Numbered from the stretch's first letter, positions 1 through 14,194 are shown. The stretch is DNA of 64,000 bases from Prasinococcaceae sp. CCMP 1430 (GCA_013416795.1 RQSC01000015.1:43696-107695), one strand, 5' to 3'. Notes: generated from the sequence alone by a model not told the origin. Numbers and translations are program-made.

Positions 1-3424
<3,424 letters not shown>

Positions 3425-3480
3425 AGAAACCGCGCCCGCTCTCACATTGGGAAGGGGACGCGCATTGACAGCATACATTC

Positions 3481-3573
3481 TTGCGACATTGCGACGTTGC
3501 CGACGTTGCGGCATGGCGACGTTGCGACAACGTTGCGACATTGCGACGTTGCGACATTTGCGACATTGCGACA
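3481..3573 (+). repeat. Degenerate 8-bp tandem repeat TTGCGAC(A/G), about 11 units, in the 3' region of the RCHY1-like gene
   Basis: ttgcgacattgcgacgttgccgacgttgcggcatggcgacgttgcgacaacgttgcgacattgcgacgttgcgacatttgcgacattgcgaca. Confidence 0.85.
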
Positions 3574-4123
3574 TACAAAGAAACACACGGCGCCACCTCG
3601 TCTGTGTATGGCTTGGTGGCGGGCGCACCCTGCGGCGTGCAGTAAAAGCCGCGGCGGATTGCCGTACACTCGGCCCGCGCGTACAGTGCTTGCGCGCGGA
3701 CACACCAACGCCCCTGCTCGCCCCAGCCGATGCATAGACTACTGTACAGTACGCACACGCGCGCGCGCCGACGCGCGAGGAGCGAGGGGGAAACGTACGC
3801 ACACAGACACGGGCACACACACACACACACGAGCACACACGAGCACACACACACACGAGAGCACACACACACACACGAGCACACACATACACACACACAC
3901 ACACACACACGAGCACACACCTCTGAGGCCGCGCCCGCGTCCGCGTCGCGGCGCCCGAGTACGTACAGTACAGCCCACACGCCGCCTCGCCGACTTCGGT
4001 AAGGGTTTCACTTTTGTAGGGTTTGTGTATTTTTCATTTTTTCCCCCCAACGTTCGACCACACCATGTTTTTGATTTTGAATTTGAATTTAAAAAAAAAA
4101 GTTTCGGGCTTTGGCGCGGCACG

Positions 4124-4363
4124 TTTGGGTTCCGCCTCGCCGAGGGCCCAAAACCCCGGAATATCTAACAAACACGAAGGTCTCATTTAAGAGAAGGGTT
4201 TTCGGTTATGTCTGCTCGAAATCCGTCATTACGGGTTTTTGAATTTGGGTTCGCGCGTCGCCGAGGGCCCAAACATCGGAATATCTAAGAAACACGAAGG
4301 TGTCATTTCGACCAATATGTTTTCAGCATGTCCGCTCGAAATTAGACGTTCCGGGTTTTTGAA
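4124..4363. repeat. Diverged tandem duplication of a 120-bp AT-richer unit upstream of the cyclase gene
   Basis: Units 4124-4243 and 4244-4363 both read TTTGGGTT..TCGCCGAGGGCCCAAA..CGGAATATCTAA.AAACACGAAGGT.TCATTT...GCTCGAAAT...CGGGTTTTTGAA, with period exactly 120. Confidence 0.85.
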
Positions 4364-4491
4364 CGGGGGCGGCGTCCCCCGTTCCCCGAGCGCGCCGCGT
4401 GGCGCGAGGGCGTGTGTGCCTTGGGTGTGTGTGTGTGTGGCTGGGCACGGNCGACGCGCCGCTTCGGGACGAGGAGGGGGAGCGCGCGGCG

Positions 4492-7370
4492 ATGGCGGCG
4501 CCCGCCGACGTGACGATCGAGATCGGGGGCAGCGCGAGCAGCAGGAGCGGCAGCCGCGGCGGCGGCGGGGAAAGCCGCGGCGGCAGGGGCCGCGCGCGCG
4601 GCGAGGGCGACGGCGCTGACGCCCTCGCCGGCGTACCCTCGCCCGAGCTGGCAGCCGGCGACGGCCTGCTGGTGCGGCTGTCGAGTCGACGCAACGACGA
4701 CCAGCCGCGCCCCATCTCCCTCCACGAGGCGTCCTTCGCCGCGCAGCTGACGCGCGCGGCGCTCGGCGTCAAGGTGCGCGGCCGTGCCAGCCGCGCCGGC
4801 GATCGCGCGCGTCCTCTCTCGCACGCGCGCTCGCGCCCGCGCGCACGCGTGCCCCTTCGCCCCGCTCGCGCGCGAGAGCGCCCTCAGGCGCTGACCCGCA
4901 CCTGCGCACGCGCGCGGTCGCGCGCCCGCCCGCACCCAATCGCCACGCCTTTTCGCGCCGTCCAGGACGCCACGCCAGGCGAGAGAGAGGTTGGGGGCCA
5001 GGCAACCTTCGATCGCCAGGCAACCTTCGATCGCTACTCCGACGAGAACTCGGAGACCGCCTCGTACGCGAGCACCATGATGGGCGACAAGACGGGCACG
5101 CTCGACGCGCTGCCGCGCGTGCTCAACGCGAGCCTGCTCTCGCTGCGCTCGCTTGGCCTCGTCGCGGGCTTCTGCGCGGCGTGCGCCGTTGGCTACATGA
5201 TCATGCTGGTCGCCGTCATCGGCGTGCGCGGCAGGTAAGCGCGCGCGGGGGGGGGAGCCGGCGCAGCTGTGAGCGCGCGCACGCGCGAGCGCGCGCCGCT
5301 CGTGCCCAAAGAGGCGCGCGCGCCCTCAAACTCGCGCTGACTCTCCCCGAACAGGAATTGGATCCCCGTCTTCCTGCCGCTGCTGTACCCGCTGGGGGTC
5401 GGGACGACGAGCCTGGTGGTGTGGGCGAAGCCCGAGCTGTGGAAGCGCGCCGTCGGCATCGTCGCGACGGCCCACGAGCTGCTGCTGCTGCTGCTGCCCG
5501 TGGCGTTGAGCTGGGCCTTCGGGGGCTCGGCGCCATCGGGCAACGTCATCCTCTGGTTGGGCCTCAGCCCCATCTCGGCGCTCCTCGTGCGCGAGGACGA
5601 CACGCTCAACAGGTTCAAGAAGCTCTTCGGCGCCTTCGCGGTCCTGGCAGGCTTTACCTACGTGGGTGAGCTCGCCGGCCTCGAGCTCGTGCTCGACGAC
5701 GGACGGGTGCAAACCGACAGGGAGTGGCTCAGCACGATGCTGCGGGCGATGTCCACGCTCGGCGTCGTCGGCCTCAGCCTCGGGGCGCTCGCGCTCAAGC
5801 ACGCCGGCTTGCTCGAGCTGCGCCTGGCGAGCGAGGACTTGCTGTGCTCCATCATGCCGCCCGCCGTCGCCCAAGAGCTCATCCAGACGTCGCTGAAGCT
5901 CAGCCGGCAGATGCGGGGGATTCAGGACGACCCGTGGGCCGACGACGACTCTCAGCCGAGCGCGTCGACCCCGAATCAGACCGAGGGCGCGTCGAGGGCA
6001 TTGCCAGGGCCCGCGACGCCACTGAGGTCGTCGTCGGACGTGGCGGCGATGGGGGAGGGCCCACCGCTGAGCGCGATGGGCTCGCGCGGCAGGTCCTCCT
6101 CCGTACGCGCCTCGTGGGAGAGGAGCGCTTCGGCGGCGATCACCAAGAGCGGCGGCGGGCACGCCTCCTCCGTCACCGCCTTGGACGACCTGTCGGCGGT
6201 GCCTGAGTCGCCTGCGAAACACACGAGGAGCGTCTCGGGCGGGGGGATCGACGTGGAGCGCTCGGGCGACAGCCACACCACCCTCGGCTCGGATGACGGT
6301 CGCTCCCTCGGGATCGTCGGCCCCCACAACGGGGACGAGGAGGGGAGGACGGAGCGCGCCCCCGACTTCCAGCCGCTCAACGGCGTGCGGCCGCGCATGC
6401 ACCGCAGCTGCAGCATCATCTTCATCGACCTGGTGGAGTTCTCGCGCGAGGTGCGCGATGTGCATCCGCGCGACCTGCTCCGGTACCTCGACGCCATCTT
6501 CTGCCAGATCGACCAGATGGCCACGCGCTGGGGAATCACCAAGGGTGCGTTGTGCGCCGTCCTCTGAGCCGCGACGTGCGCGCGAGGGACACGGACAGAA
6601 AAGACACAATGGAGCGCGGGCGGGTGGGGCTGCGCGCGACTACTGAGCGCGCTCGCCATCGCGCGCGCGTCGTCTGACGAGCGCTCTGCGTGACCCTCCG
6701 ATCCCTCCTCCGAACGCACGCGGCTTGCGAACCGCGCGCACGCCCCCGCCTCCGCCCACCCGCTCCGTGCGCGCGCGCGCCCACACGCGCGCCGTCGGCA
6801 GTGCGCACCATCGGCGACGGCTACCTGGCGGCGTGCGGCTTGGGCCGCGCGTTCGGCGACAAGGCCGACGCGCGCTGCCACGCGAGCCGCGCGCTGGCGT
6901 TCGCGTGCGACTCGCTGTCGATGGTGTCGCAGTGCACGTGGGGAGAGGGCGCCGAGCGCCGCAGCGTGCGCATGCGCGCCGGCGTGCACGCCGGGGAGGT
7001 CTTCAGCGGCGTGGTGGGCTTCATGCAGCCGCAGTACGACCTCTTCGGCCACCCCGTCAACGCCGCCGCTCGCCTCGAGCAGACGGCGCCCGTCAACACC
7101 GTCCAGGCCTCCACGGCCACCGTGGCGCTCGCGCGCAGGGAGGCGCGCCGCGAGGCCAAGCTCGACTCCGACTACATCTGCCCCAAGTTCCGCTACAAGA
7201 GGCGACCGGGCGTCGTCGAGATGAAGAACATGGAGCCCATGGCGACCTGCCTCGTCAGCCGCATACCCTTCGGGGACGACGAGGACGGCGGGGACGACGG
7301 CGGGGAGGACGGCGTGGGCGAGGGGCGCGAGGGCGACGGCGCCGAGGACGAGCGCGCGGAGGGCGAGTAG
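4492..7370 (+). CDS. Membrane-anchored (about 6 TM) class III nucleotidyl cyclase, probably adenylyl cyclase
   Basis: Exons 4492-4773, 4966-5234, 5355-6544, 6802-7370 splice in frame. Six hydrophobic segments precede SIIFIDLVEFS, VRTIGDGY, MRAGVHAGEVFSGVVG, QYDLFGHPVNAAARLE. The start is uncertain because of the N at 4451. Confidence 0.88.
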
Positions 7371-7677
7371 GCGGTAGTAGGCGCGAGTAGGCGCGAGTAG
7401 GCGCGAGCAGGCGCTCGCCCCCCGCTGGGGCAACGCCTGAAGGGAAGGGTCGAAGGGTCTGCTACACCCTTCTCGAGCGCGCCCTGTAATTTTGCTGCGT
7501 CGAAAGGCATCGTCACGGGCGCGCGCGCGCGGGGGTGGGTGGGGTGCGGGGGGCGGCGTGTGCACGCGCTCGCACTCACACGCGCGCGCGAGAGCGTCTG
7601 CGTGCGTACGCGCTCGTGTGTTGACGCCACGCTTATTAACCATCGGAGCTGAGTCGCCCGAACAGGGCCCGCGAGCG

Positions 7678-8210
7678 CTACCCGCCGCCTGCTCGCCCAG
7701 GAGCGGCGTCGCCGTCCGCCTGTGGAGGCGCCCGCGCCCCGCTTGTGTCGTGTCCGTGGGCGCGCACCCCATGCGTGTGCGTGTGCGCGTGCACAGGCAC
7801 GTGTGTGTGCGTGGGTGCGTGCGCGTGGGCGTGCTCATGTGTGTGTCCGTGTCCGTGCGCTTGCGCCTGCGCCTGCGCGTGCGCGTGCGCGTGTTCGAGC
7901 GCGCGCTTCTCGCGCTCGGCGTGGCACGAACGCAGCAGCGAGTTCACCGAGGCGTACTGCGACGCCGTGAAGGCGGCGTCGCCGCCGCCGCCCGCGGCGA
8001 GGAAGTCGACGCGCGGCGCGGCGTCGCCGAGCGTCTGGCGCGGCGCACGTCGACGTCGCCGCCTGCGGCGCCCTCCGCGCCAACGCCCGTGCCTGCGTCC
8101 GCGCCGTCGACGTCGACCTCGACGCCATCACCTCCAACCGGCGACGCGTGCCCGCCCGCTGCGGCGCCCTCCGACCGCGGGCGCTTCGAGCCCACGCCGC
8201 GCGCGTGCAT
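7678..8210 (-). CDS. Hypothetical small protein with KRPR motif, a YASVNSLLRSCHAER helix and a His-rich tail
   Basis: Two minus-strand reading segments with GC3-rich codons (8210-8049 and 8034-7678). They join in frame only if 8035-8048 is removed. The plus-strand reading is also open, so the strand is inferred from the motif. Confidence 0.4.
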
Positions 8211-8909
8211 GCGCGCGAACTCGAGCTCGAGGGCGCACGCGCGCGCCCTTCCCCCTACGCGCGCGCACGGGAGCCACCGTAGCGGGGGTCTGGGAAGAGC
8301 TCAGGCGCGCCTACGCCGCCGGCACCGCCGCAGGAGCAGCAGCACCGCCGCAGGAGAAAGCAGCCGCAGCAGCGGCAGCGGTGCAGACCGCAGCGCCTCT
8401 CTCGCTCGCGCTCGCTCGCTCGCGCGCGCTCTCGGGGAGGGAGACACGCGCGCCCGCCTCGAGCGAGGCGGGCAGGCGTGGCTACGCGCTCGGGACAGGC
8501 CGGGGGGGGGGGAAGGGAGGAGGCGGATGGGGGCGGCAGCGGAGCAGACGTGTGGCACTTCCACACACACCCACGCACCCACCCACCCACACAGCGCGTG
8601 CGCCCGCAGCAGGCCCGCGCGCGCGCGTGCGCAGATCCGCTCACGCTCACATCAAAACACATCCACGTGCAAAACTCTATATTTATATACATTCGTCTTA
8701 ATTCTGGTCAAATGAATGTGATGTGAAAGAGTAAGGTCACACTGCATTGAAATGAGCACAGGATGTTTGAAAAGGATGTGAAATCGTGTGTGTGTGTGAA
8801 AGGAGGGGCGATGCGAGTGGGAGTGCGGCGGCAGCGACGTGCGTCGCAGCGGGCGTGCCACAGCGCGTACACACGCGCGCACGCACACGCACACGCACAC
8901 ACACTCTTA

Positions 8910-8942
<33 letters not shown>

Positions 8943-9163
8943 GCAAACACACACACACACACGCTCACACACACACACAGAGGGCACTCCGTGTGTGGCA
9001 GCGGCCGCGCATCGGCGCACGCGCGAGCGTGTGTGTGTGTGTGTGTGTGCGTACGCGTGCGTACGCGTATACGCAGGCGCTCGCGAAGCGCGCGTGCGCA
9101 CACGCACGCCCCCGCGCGCGCACACACACCCCCACGCGCCCTCGGGCGCGCTCGGGCGCCGCG

Positions 9164-9279
9164 ATGTCCGCCGCGGAGGTCCGCGCGGCGTACCGCGCGC
9201 TCGGCCTGCGCGCGCGCGCCGCCGCCGCCGCAGAGGCGCGCAGGCGCTTCGACGAGCCGCTCGCGGGAGGGGGCGCGGG

Positions 9280-9315
<36 letters not shown>

Positions 9316-9449
9316 GTGTATGCGTGTGTGCACGCGTGTGTGCGTGTGTGAGGGAGTGTGTGTGTGCGTTTGCACGCCCCGCGTGTGCTCTGTGCATCGA
9401 TGTGCGTATGCGGTACAGGAGCTCATATACCTCACACACACACACACGC

Positions 9450-9485
<36 letters not shown>

Positions 9486-9590
9486 ACACAGGTGGCGCCG
9501 ACGAGGCGCGCAGGCGCGTCGCCGACGCGCACGAGGCCGCCGACTTCCTGAGGGGGTCGGTGGTGCAGGGAGGTGCGTGCGCGCGTACAC

Positions 9591-9624
<34 letters not shown>

Positions 9625-9840
9625 ATGCGTACGTCTGCCCCTTCCTCTGGCATTGTGCCGACGGCGTGCTCGCAGACGCACGCACGCACTAACACACACA
9701 CGCACACACACGCACACACACGCACACACGCACACACACTAATACACACACGCACACACACGCACACACACGCACACACGCACACACACTAATACACACA
9801 CGCACACACACGCACACACACACACACGCACACTCACACA

Positions 9841-9895
<55 letters not shown>

Positions 9896-10041
9896 CGATC
9901 AACTCCCGCGGCAACTACACGATGGAGGTTCGCCCCGAGCACACGGGCGCGCTGCCGGGCGACGCGACGCTGCACACGCCGCAGGAGGAGCTGCGCGGCG
10001 CGGGCGGCGGGGGCAAGGGCAAGGCCGGGGGGTGCTCGTAA
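9164..10041 (+). CDS. MZM1: LYR-motif protein, complex III Rieske chaperone MZM1/LYRM7-like
   Basis: Exons 9164-9281, 9492-9572, 9896-10041 give [48 protein letters not shown], matching the plant/fungal MZM1 pattern (AYRAL, EA..FL...VQ, N.RG.Y.M...EH). Confidence 0.75.
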
Positions 10042-10132
10042 CATACGCGCGTACTCGTGTGTGCCTGCAGATTATCACACACACGCAGACGCACGCACAC
10101 ACACACACGCACACACACACACACGAACGAGC

Positions 10133-10199
<67 letters not shown>

Positions 10200-10581
10200 G
10201 TGCAGCGGCAAGCGCTCGCGCATACGCACACACGCGTGCAGCGGCGCACACACACACGAGCAGCAGCACAAGCTCCCACAGCGTCACCCACGCACACGCG
10301 CACCTGAGGTATCTCTTTTTTGTGTAGCATATATATACCCACGGGAGATCGCATGTTCGCGTTCAAAATGCATTCGATTTGATGTGGATTTTTTTTCTTG
10401 CGCGCGTGCGATTGTGTGCGCGCGCGCGGTGTGGCAGCGCTGCCTGGCTGTTGGCGGTGGCGCCACTGCTCGCGCGGCGGGCAGCGCCCCTCGGACTTCT
10501 TTCACGCGCGCGTTCGCGCGGCGACGGCCTCTTCGTACCTCCGCGCGCGCGCGCGCGCGCGCCAGCCTCGCGGGGGCGGAG

Positions 10582-11409
10582 ATGGTCGGTGGCGACGCGG
10601 GCAACAGCCCCGGCGTCCGCATCGGCGGTAGTGTAAGCATCGGCGGCGCTGGTCCCGCGGGCGCGACTGCCGAGAGCGCGCGCCAGGCGCTGCTGCTCGC
10701 CACACAGGCGCTCGGTGTCAATGCGGCTGCAGTGAACGAGGCGCGGAAGGAGCGCGACGAGGAGCGCGCCCTCAGGGCTGCCCTCGAAGAACTGCTGTTT
10801 GAGTTTGAACACGTGAGCACGGATGATGTCCTCGTCACCGCGGTGAAGAGCGGCTCATTGCCGCTGCTGCGCCGGGCGCTCGCGCTCGGCGCCGGCTTGG
10901 ACACCAGGGATGACGCTTCCGGCTCGACTCCGTTGTGCTTGGCAGCTGCGTTTGATCAGCCTGACTGCGTCCGACTCCTGGTGGAGGAGGGCGCCGACAA
11001 GGACAAAACAGACAGCGAAGGCAGGGCGCCCGTGCACCTCGCGGCGAGGCACAGCAACGTTGAGTGCCTGCGGCTGCTGCTGAACGCAGGCGCAGATCGC
11101 GAGAAGATCTGGGCGAAGAAGGGCCTAACGCCTTTGACTCGCGCTGTTGGTCTACGCAATGTCAACTGCATCAGAGTGCTCCTCGAGGCGGGCGCCGACA
11201 GGGACAAAAAGTGCGGGTGGGGGTACACCCCTCTGCAAATCGCAACGCGGTACAACTACTTGGACTGCATGCGGCTGCTCCTCGAGGCGGGCGCCGACGC
11301 GTCCGTGCGCGGCCACAAGGGCGCGACGGCGCTCGACCTCGCCGTTGGCTTCGGCCACAACGAGGCCGCGGCGCTGCTGCGCCAGTACGGCGCGCCCTGC
11401 GCGCCGTAA
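10582..11409 (+). CDS. Ankyrin-repeat cluster gene A1 (one N-terminal helical module, divergent repeats), intronless
   Basis: ORF MVGGDAG..ARQALLLATQALGVNAAAVNEAR..GSTPLCLAA..GRAPVHLAA..GLTPLTRAV..GYTPLQIA..GATALDLA. Confidence 0.88.
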   Translation: MVGGDAGNSPGVRIGGSVSIGGAGPAGATAESARQALLLATQALGVNAAAVNEARKERDEERALRAALEELLFEFEHVSTDDVLVTAVKSGSLPLLRRALALGAGLDTRDDASGSTPLCLAAAFDQPDCVRLLVEEGADKDKTDSEGRAPVHLAARHSNVECLRLLLNAGADREKIWAKKGLTPLTRAVGLRNVNCIRVLLEAGADRDKKCGWGYTPLQIATRYNYLDCMRLLLEAGADASVRGHKGATALDLAVGFGHNEAAALLRQYGAPCAP

Positions 11410-11781
11410 CGCGAACGAGTGCACACACCCACGTACAGTATGTCAAGCCATTGTCGGCTCGCGCAGGCGCAGGCACGCGCACACACACCACCAGCACACG
11501 CGCATTTGAGCGCGCACGCAGGCCTGCAGGCAGCCCCGCGAGAAAGAGCAGCGCGCGCGCACACGACGAAGTCGATGCGCGCGCGCGCTCACACAGAGTC
11601 TCACACAGCCACACAAAGTCTCAGGCTTACACAATGCCATCGCAGCGCGGCGGCGCGGCGCGAAAAAACAGCGCGTGCCGGCTGCGCATTTTTGCGCGCG
11701 CGGCCGGCGGCGACGGCAGCGCCACTCCGCGCGCTGTGGTCGGCGACGGCCCATCCTGCGAGCGTTGCGTGAGCGATCGAG

Positions 11782-12459
11782 ATGGGCGCCTTCGATGGTG
11801 GCGCTGCGGGCGCCGGTGGCAGCGGCGGTGCCGCTGGCGCGAAGGCCGAGACTGCGCGGCAGGCGCTGCTGCTCGCCACGCAGGCGCTCAGGGTAAATGC
11901 GGCCGCCGTCAAGGAGGCGCGCGAGGCGCGCGAGGCGCTGAGGGTGGCCGTCGAATTACTACTCTGCGCGCACGGCGCAGACGGTGCTCTGTGGGGAGCG
12001 TGTACAAGAGGCTCATTGCCGCTGGTTCGCACGCTCATCGAGGCCGGCGCCGACGCGAACAGGGCAAATCCAGACGGCGCAAATGCGTTGCACTACGCCA
12101 CCTGGGCCGGTCACTCCGACTGTCTGCCGCTGCTGCTCGAGGCAGGCGCCGACGCGAACAAGGCAAATCAAGACGGCGAAGTTGCGTTGCATCTCGCCGC
12201 CTTGAAGGGCCACCCCAACTGCCTGCGGCTGCTTCTCGAGGCTGGCGCCGACAAGGACAAGGTCAACACGGTTGGCGACACACCCCTGCATCTAGCGGCT
12301 GAGGTTGGAGACCTTGGTTGCCTGCGGCTGCTGCTCGAGGCGGGCGCCAACACATCCGCTCGCAACAAGGATGGCGAAACGCCGCTCGACATCGCCGAAC
12401 AATACAACAAGGAGGCCGCGGCGCTGCTGCGCCAGCACGCCGCCTCCCGCGCGCCGTAG
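11782..12459 (+). CDS. Ankyrin-repeat cluster gene A2, intronless
   Basis: 225-aa ORF: Gly-rich leader, ARQALLLATQALRVNAAAVKEAR module, then GANALHYA, GEVALHLAA, GDTPLHLAA and GETPLDIAE repeats. Confidence 0.9.
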   Translation: MGAFDGGAAGAGGSGGAAGAKAETARQALLLATQALRVNAAAVKEAREAREALRVAVELLLCAHGADGALWGACTRGSLPLVRTLIEAGADANRANPDGANALHYATWAGHSDCLPLLLEAGADANKANQDGEVALHLAALKGHPNCLRLLLEAGADKDKVNTVGDTPLHLAAEVGDLGCLRLLLEAGANTSARNKDGETPLDIAEQYNKEAAALLRQHAASRAP

Positions 12460-12683
12460 AGGGCTAAAGTCACCCACGACCGGACCCGCACGCCACGCGA
12501 GCGCCTGCAGCGCTGCAAGCGCGCGTGCCTGCAGCACAGTCACGCGTCATGCAGGGCGTCTCTCGCGTGCTACGGCTTAGCAGCACTTATTCGTGTTCAC
12601 ACTCGTTCGTGTTGATGGGGCTTTTTTCAGGCGCCCACTCACTTTCTTTCTTTCATAAACGTGCGTGCGTTTTGACGACGCGA
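12460..12683 (+). repeat. Conserved inter-gene module of the ankyrin cluster (3' flank running into the next promoter); copies at about 15895-16115, 20130-20352 and 24300-24520
   Basis: Shared CCCACGACCGGAC..GCGAGCGCCTG..CATGCAGGGCG.CTCTCGCGTGCTACGG..CCCACTCACTTTC..GTGCGTGCGTTTTGACG sequence in these copies. Confidence 0.88.
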
Positions 12684-12721
12684 GGGCAGGGGCGCACCGG
12701 CGCAGGCGCCACACAGCGCAC

Positions 12722-12865
12722 TCGCGGTACAACTCCTTGGACTGCATAAGGCTGCTCCTCGAGGCGGGCGCCGACGCGTCCGTGCGCGGCCACGAGGGCG
12801 CGACGGCGCTCGACCTCGCCGTTCGCTTCGGCCACAGCGAGGCCGCGGCGCTGCTGCGCCAGTAA
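12722..12865 (+). pseudogene. Ankyrin unit A3: internally deleted relic of an A1-type gene
   Basis: Close match to the 3' end of A1 (11247 onward). It is joined directly to promoter/leader sequence and stops at CGCCAG-TAA where A1 has CGCCAG-TAC. Confidence 0.82.
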
Positions 12866-13111
12866 CACCGCCTCCACACGGCCTTGTTTCCATTCGCGCG
12901 CTCGCTTGCACGAATTTGAGTGCGTTTTGACGTGCGCTGTTTTTTCGCGCGATGCGATGCGATCGAGACGGCGGAGGCGCCACACAGCGCGCGCGAGGCA
13001 GCCGGCGGTGCCCACGAGGCCCGCGTGCGTCCCGAGGCGGAAGCCTCTCTGAACGAGCCTGCGCGCGTACGCCGTACGCTCGGCGGGGCGAGCGCAGTCG
13101 CGCTCGCGGGG

Positions 13112-14194
13112 ATGGACGCCGGCGGCGCGGGTGGCGGCGCGAGCGGCGTGCGGCTGGCTGTTGGGATGGACGCCGGCGAGGGGAGCGGCGGCGCGGGCGA
13201 GGCGTGGGTGGCGTCGGCAAGGAGCGTGCGGCACGCGGTGTTGCTTGCAATCCAGGCGCTCGGCGTCAACGTGGCGGCCGTGTGCGAGGCACGTGCAGCC
13301 AGTGACGCGATAAGGGCGGAGATCGAGTGGGCCGACAATGGATGCAAGGATGCAGTCGCCTGCAATGCCGGCGCGTCTGTCGACGCCACTGACAATGCCT
13401 CGGGTGACAGCAAATGTGGTGCTGGAGGCCTCGACGCTGCATCGGCGGAGCGCTCGCGCATGGTGCTGCTGCTGGTGACGCAGGTGTTCGGCGTCAGCGC
13501 CAGCGCCGTGCAAGAGGCGCGCGCGGAGCGCGACGCTTTGAAGGAGGAGCTCGACCTGTCCCTTACTAGCGTGAAAGCTTTTGGTGGCGAAGCGATTGTA
13601 CCATGGCCTTTTTTGGACGTGAACCTACTGCTCTGGTGTGCCGCGCGGTGCGGGGCGGAGTACACGCTCCGCCACGCGTTGTTGCGAGGCGCGAATGTGG
13701 ACGTGGACGCACTTGCGGACGCAATTTTTGGCGGCAACATTAATTGCCTGCGGCTGTTGCTCGAGGCCGGGGCCGACATAGACAAGGCCGATTGCAATGG
13801 CATGACAGCGTTGCATGAGTCGGCTCAGTGCGGGCACGTTGATTGCCTGCAGGTGCTGCTCGAGGCGGGTGCCGAGACGGACAGGGCAGATCGGAATGGC
13901 AGAGTTGCGTTGCACTACGCCACCTGGAGGGGCCATGTCGACGGTCTCGACTGCCTGCGGCTGCTGCTGGGAGCCGGCGCCGACATAGACAAGGCCGATG
14001 TCAATGGCATGACACCGTTGCATTTCGCGGCGATCAGCAGCCCTCCTGAGTGCCTGCGGCTGCTGCTCGAGACGGGCGCTGACGCATCCGCTCGCAACAA
14101 GGAAGGCTACACGCCGCTCGACAGCGCCGAAGCACACAACAACAAGGAGGCCGCGGCGGTGCTGCGCCAGCACGCCGCCACGGAGACGCCATAG
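13112..14194 (+). CDS. Ankyrin-repeat cluster gene A4 (two N-terminal modules, 3 internal repeats)
   Basis: MDAGG start; RHAVLLAIQALGVN and RMVLLLVTQVFGVS modules; N-cap LLWCAARCGAEYTLRHALLRGANVD; C-cap GYTPLDSAE..EAAAVLRQH. Confidence 0.9.
   Translation: MDAGGAGGGASGVRLAVGMDAGEGSGGAGEAWVASARSVRHAVLLAIQALGVNVAAVCEARAASDAIRAEIEWADNGCKDAVACNAGASVDATDNASGDSKCGAGGLDAASAERSRMVLLLVTQVFGVSASAVQEARAERDALKEELDLSLTSVKAFGGEAIVPWPFLDVNLLLWCAARCGAEYTLRHALLRGANVDVDALADAIFGGNINCLRLLLEAGADIDKADCNGMTALHESAQCGHVDCLQVLLEAGAETDRADRNGRVALHYATWRGHVDGLDCLRLLLGAGADIDKADVNGMTPLHFAAISSPPECLRLLLETGADASARNKEGYTPLDSAEAHNNKEAAAVLRQHAATETP

Noticed and set aside
7371-7412. GCGCGAGTAG 10-bp tandem repeat just after the cyclase stop codon
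   Set aside because: Only 3-4 units, with no evidence of function; likely slippage.
7745-8701. Plus-strand protein-like reading (SEFTEAYCDAVK..VWEELRRAY)
   Set aside because: No recognisable motif and no clear start or splice structure. The minus strand carries a more plausible conserved helix. It is not fully excluded without stranded RNA data.
9680-9840. ~50-bp tandem units containing ACTAAT/ACTAAC in MZM1 intron 2
   Set aside because: Most simply explained as slippage duplication within the CA tract, so it is not treated as a separate element.
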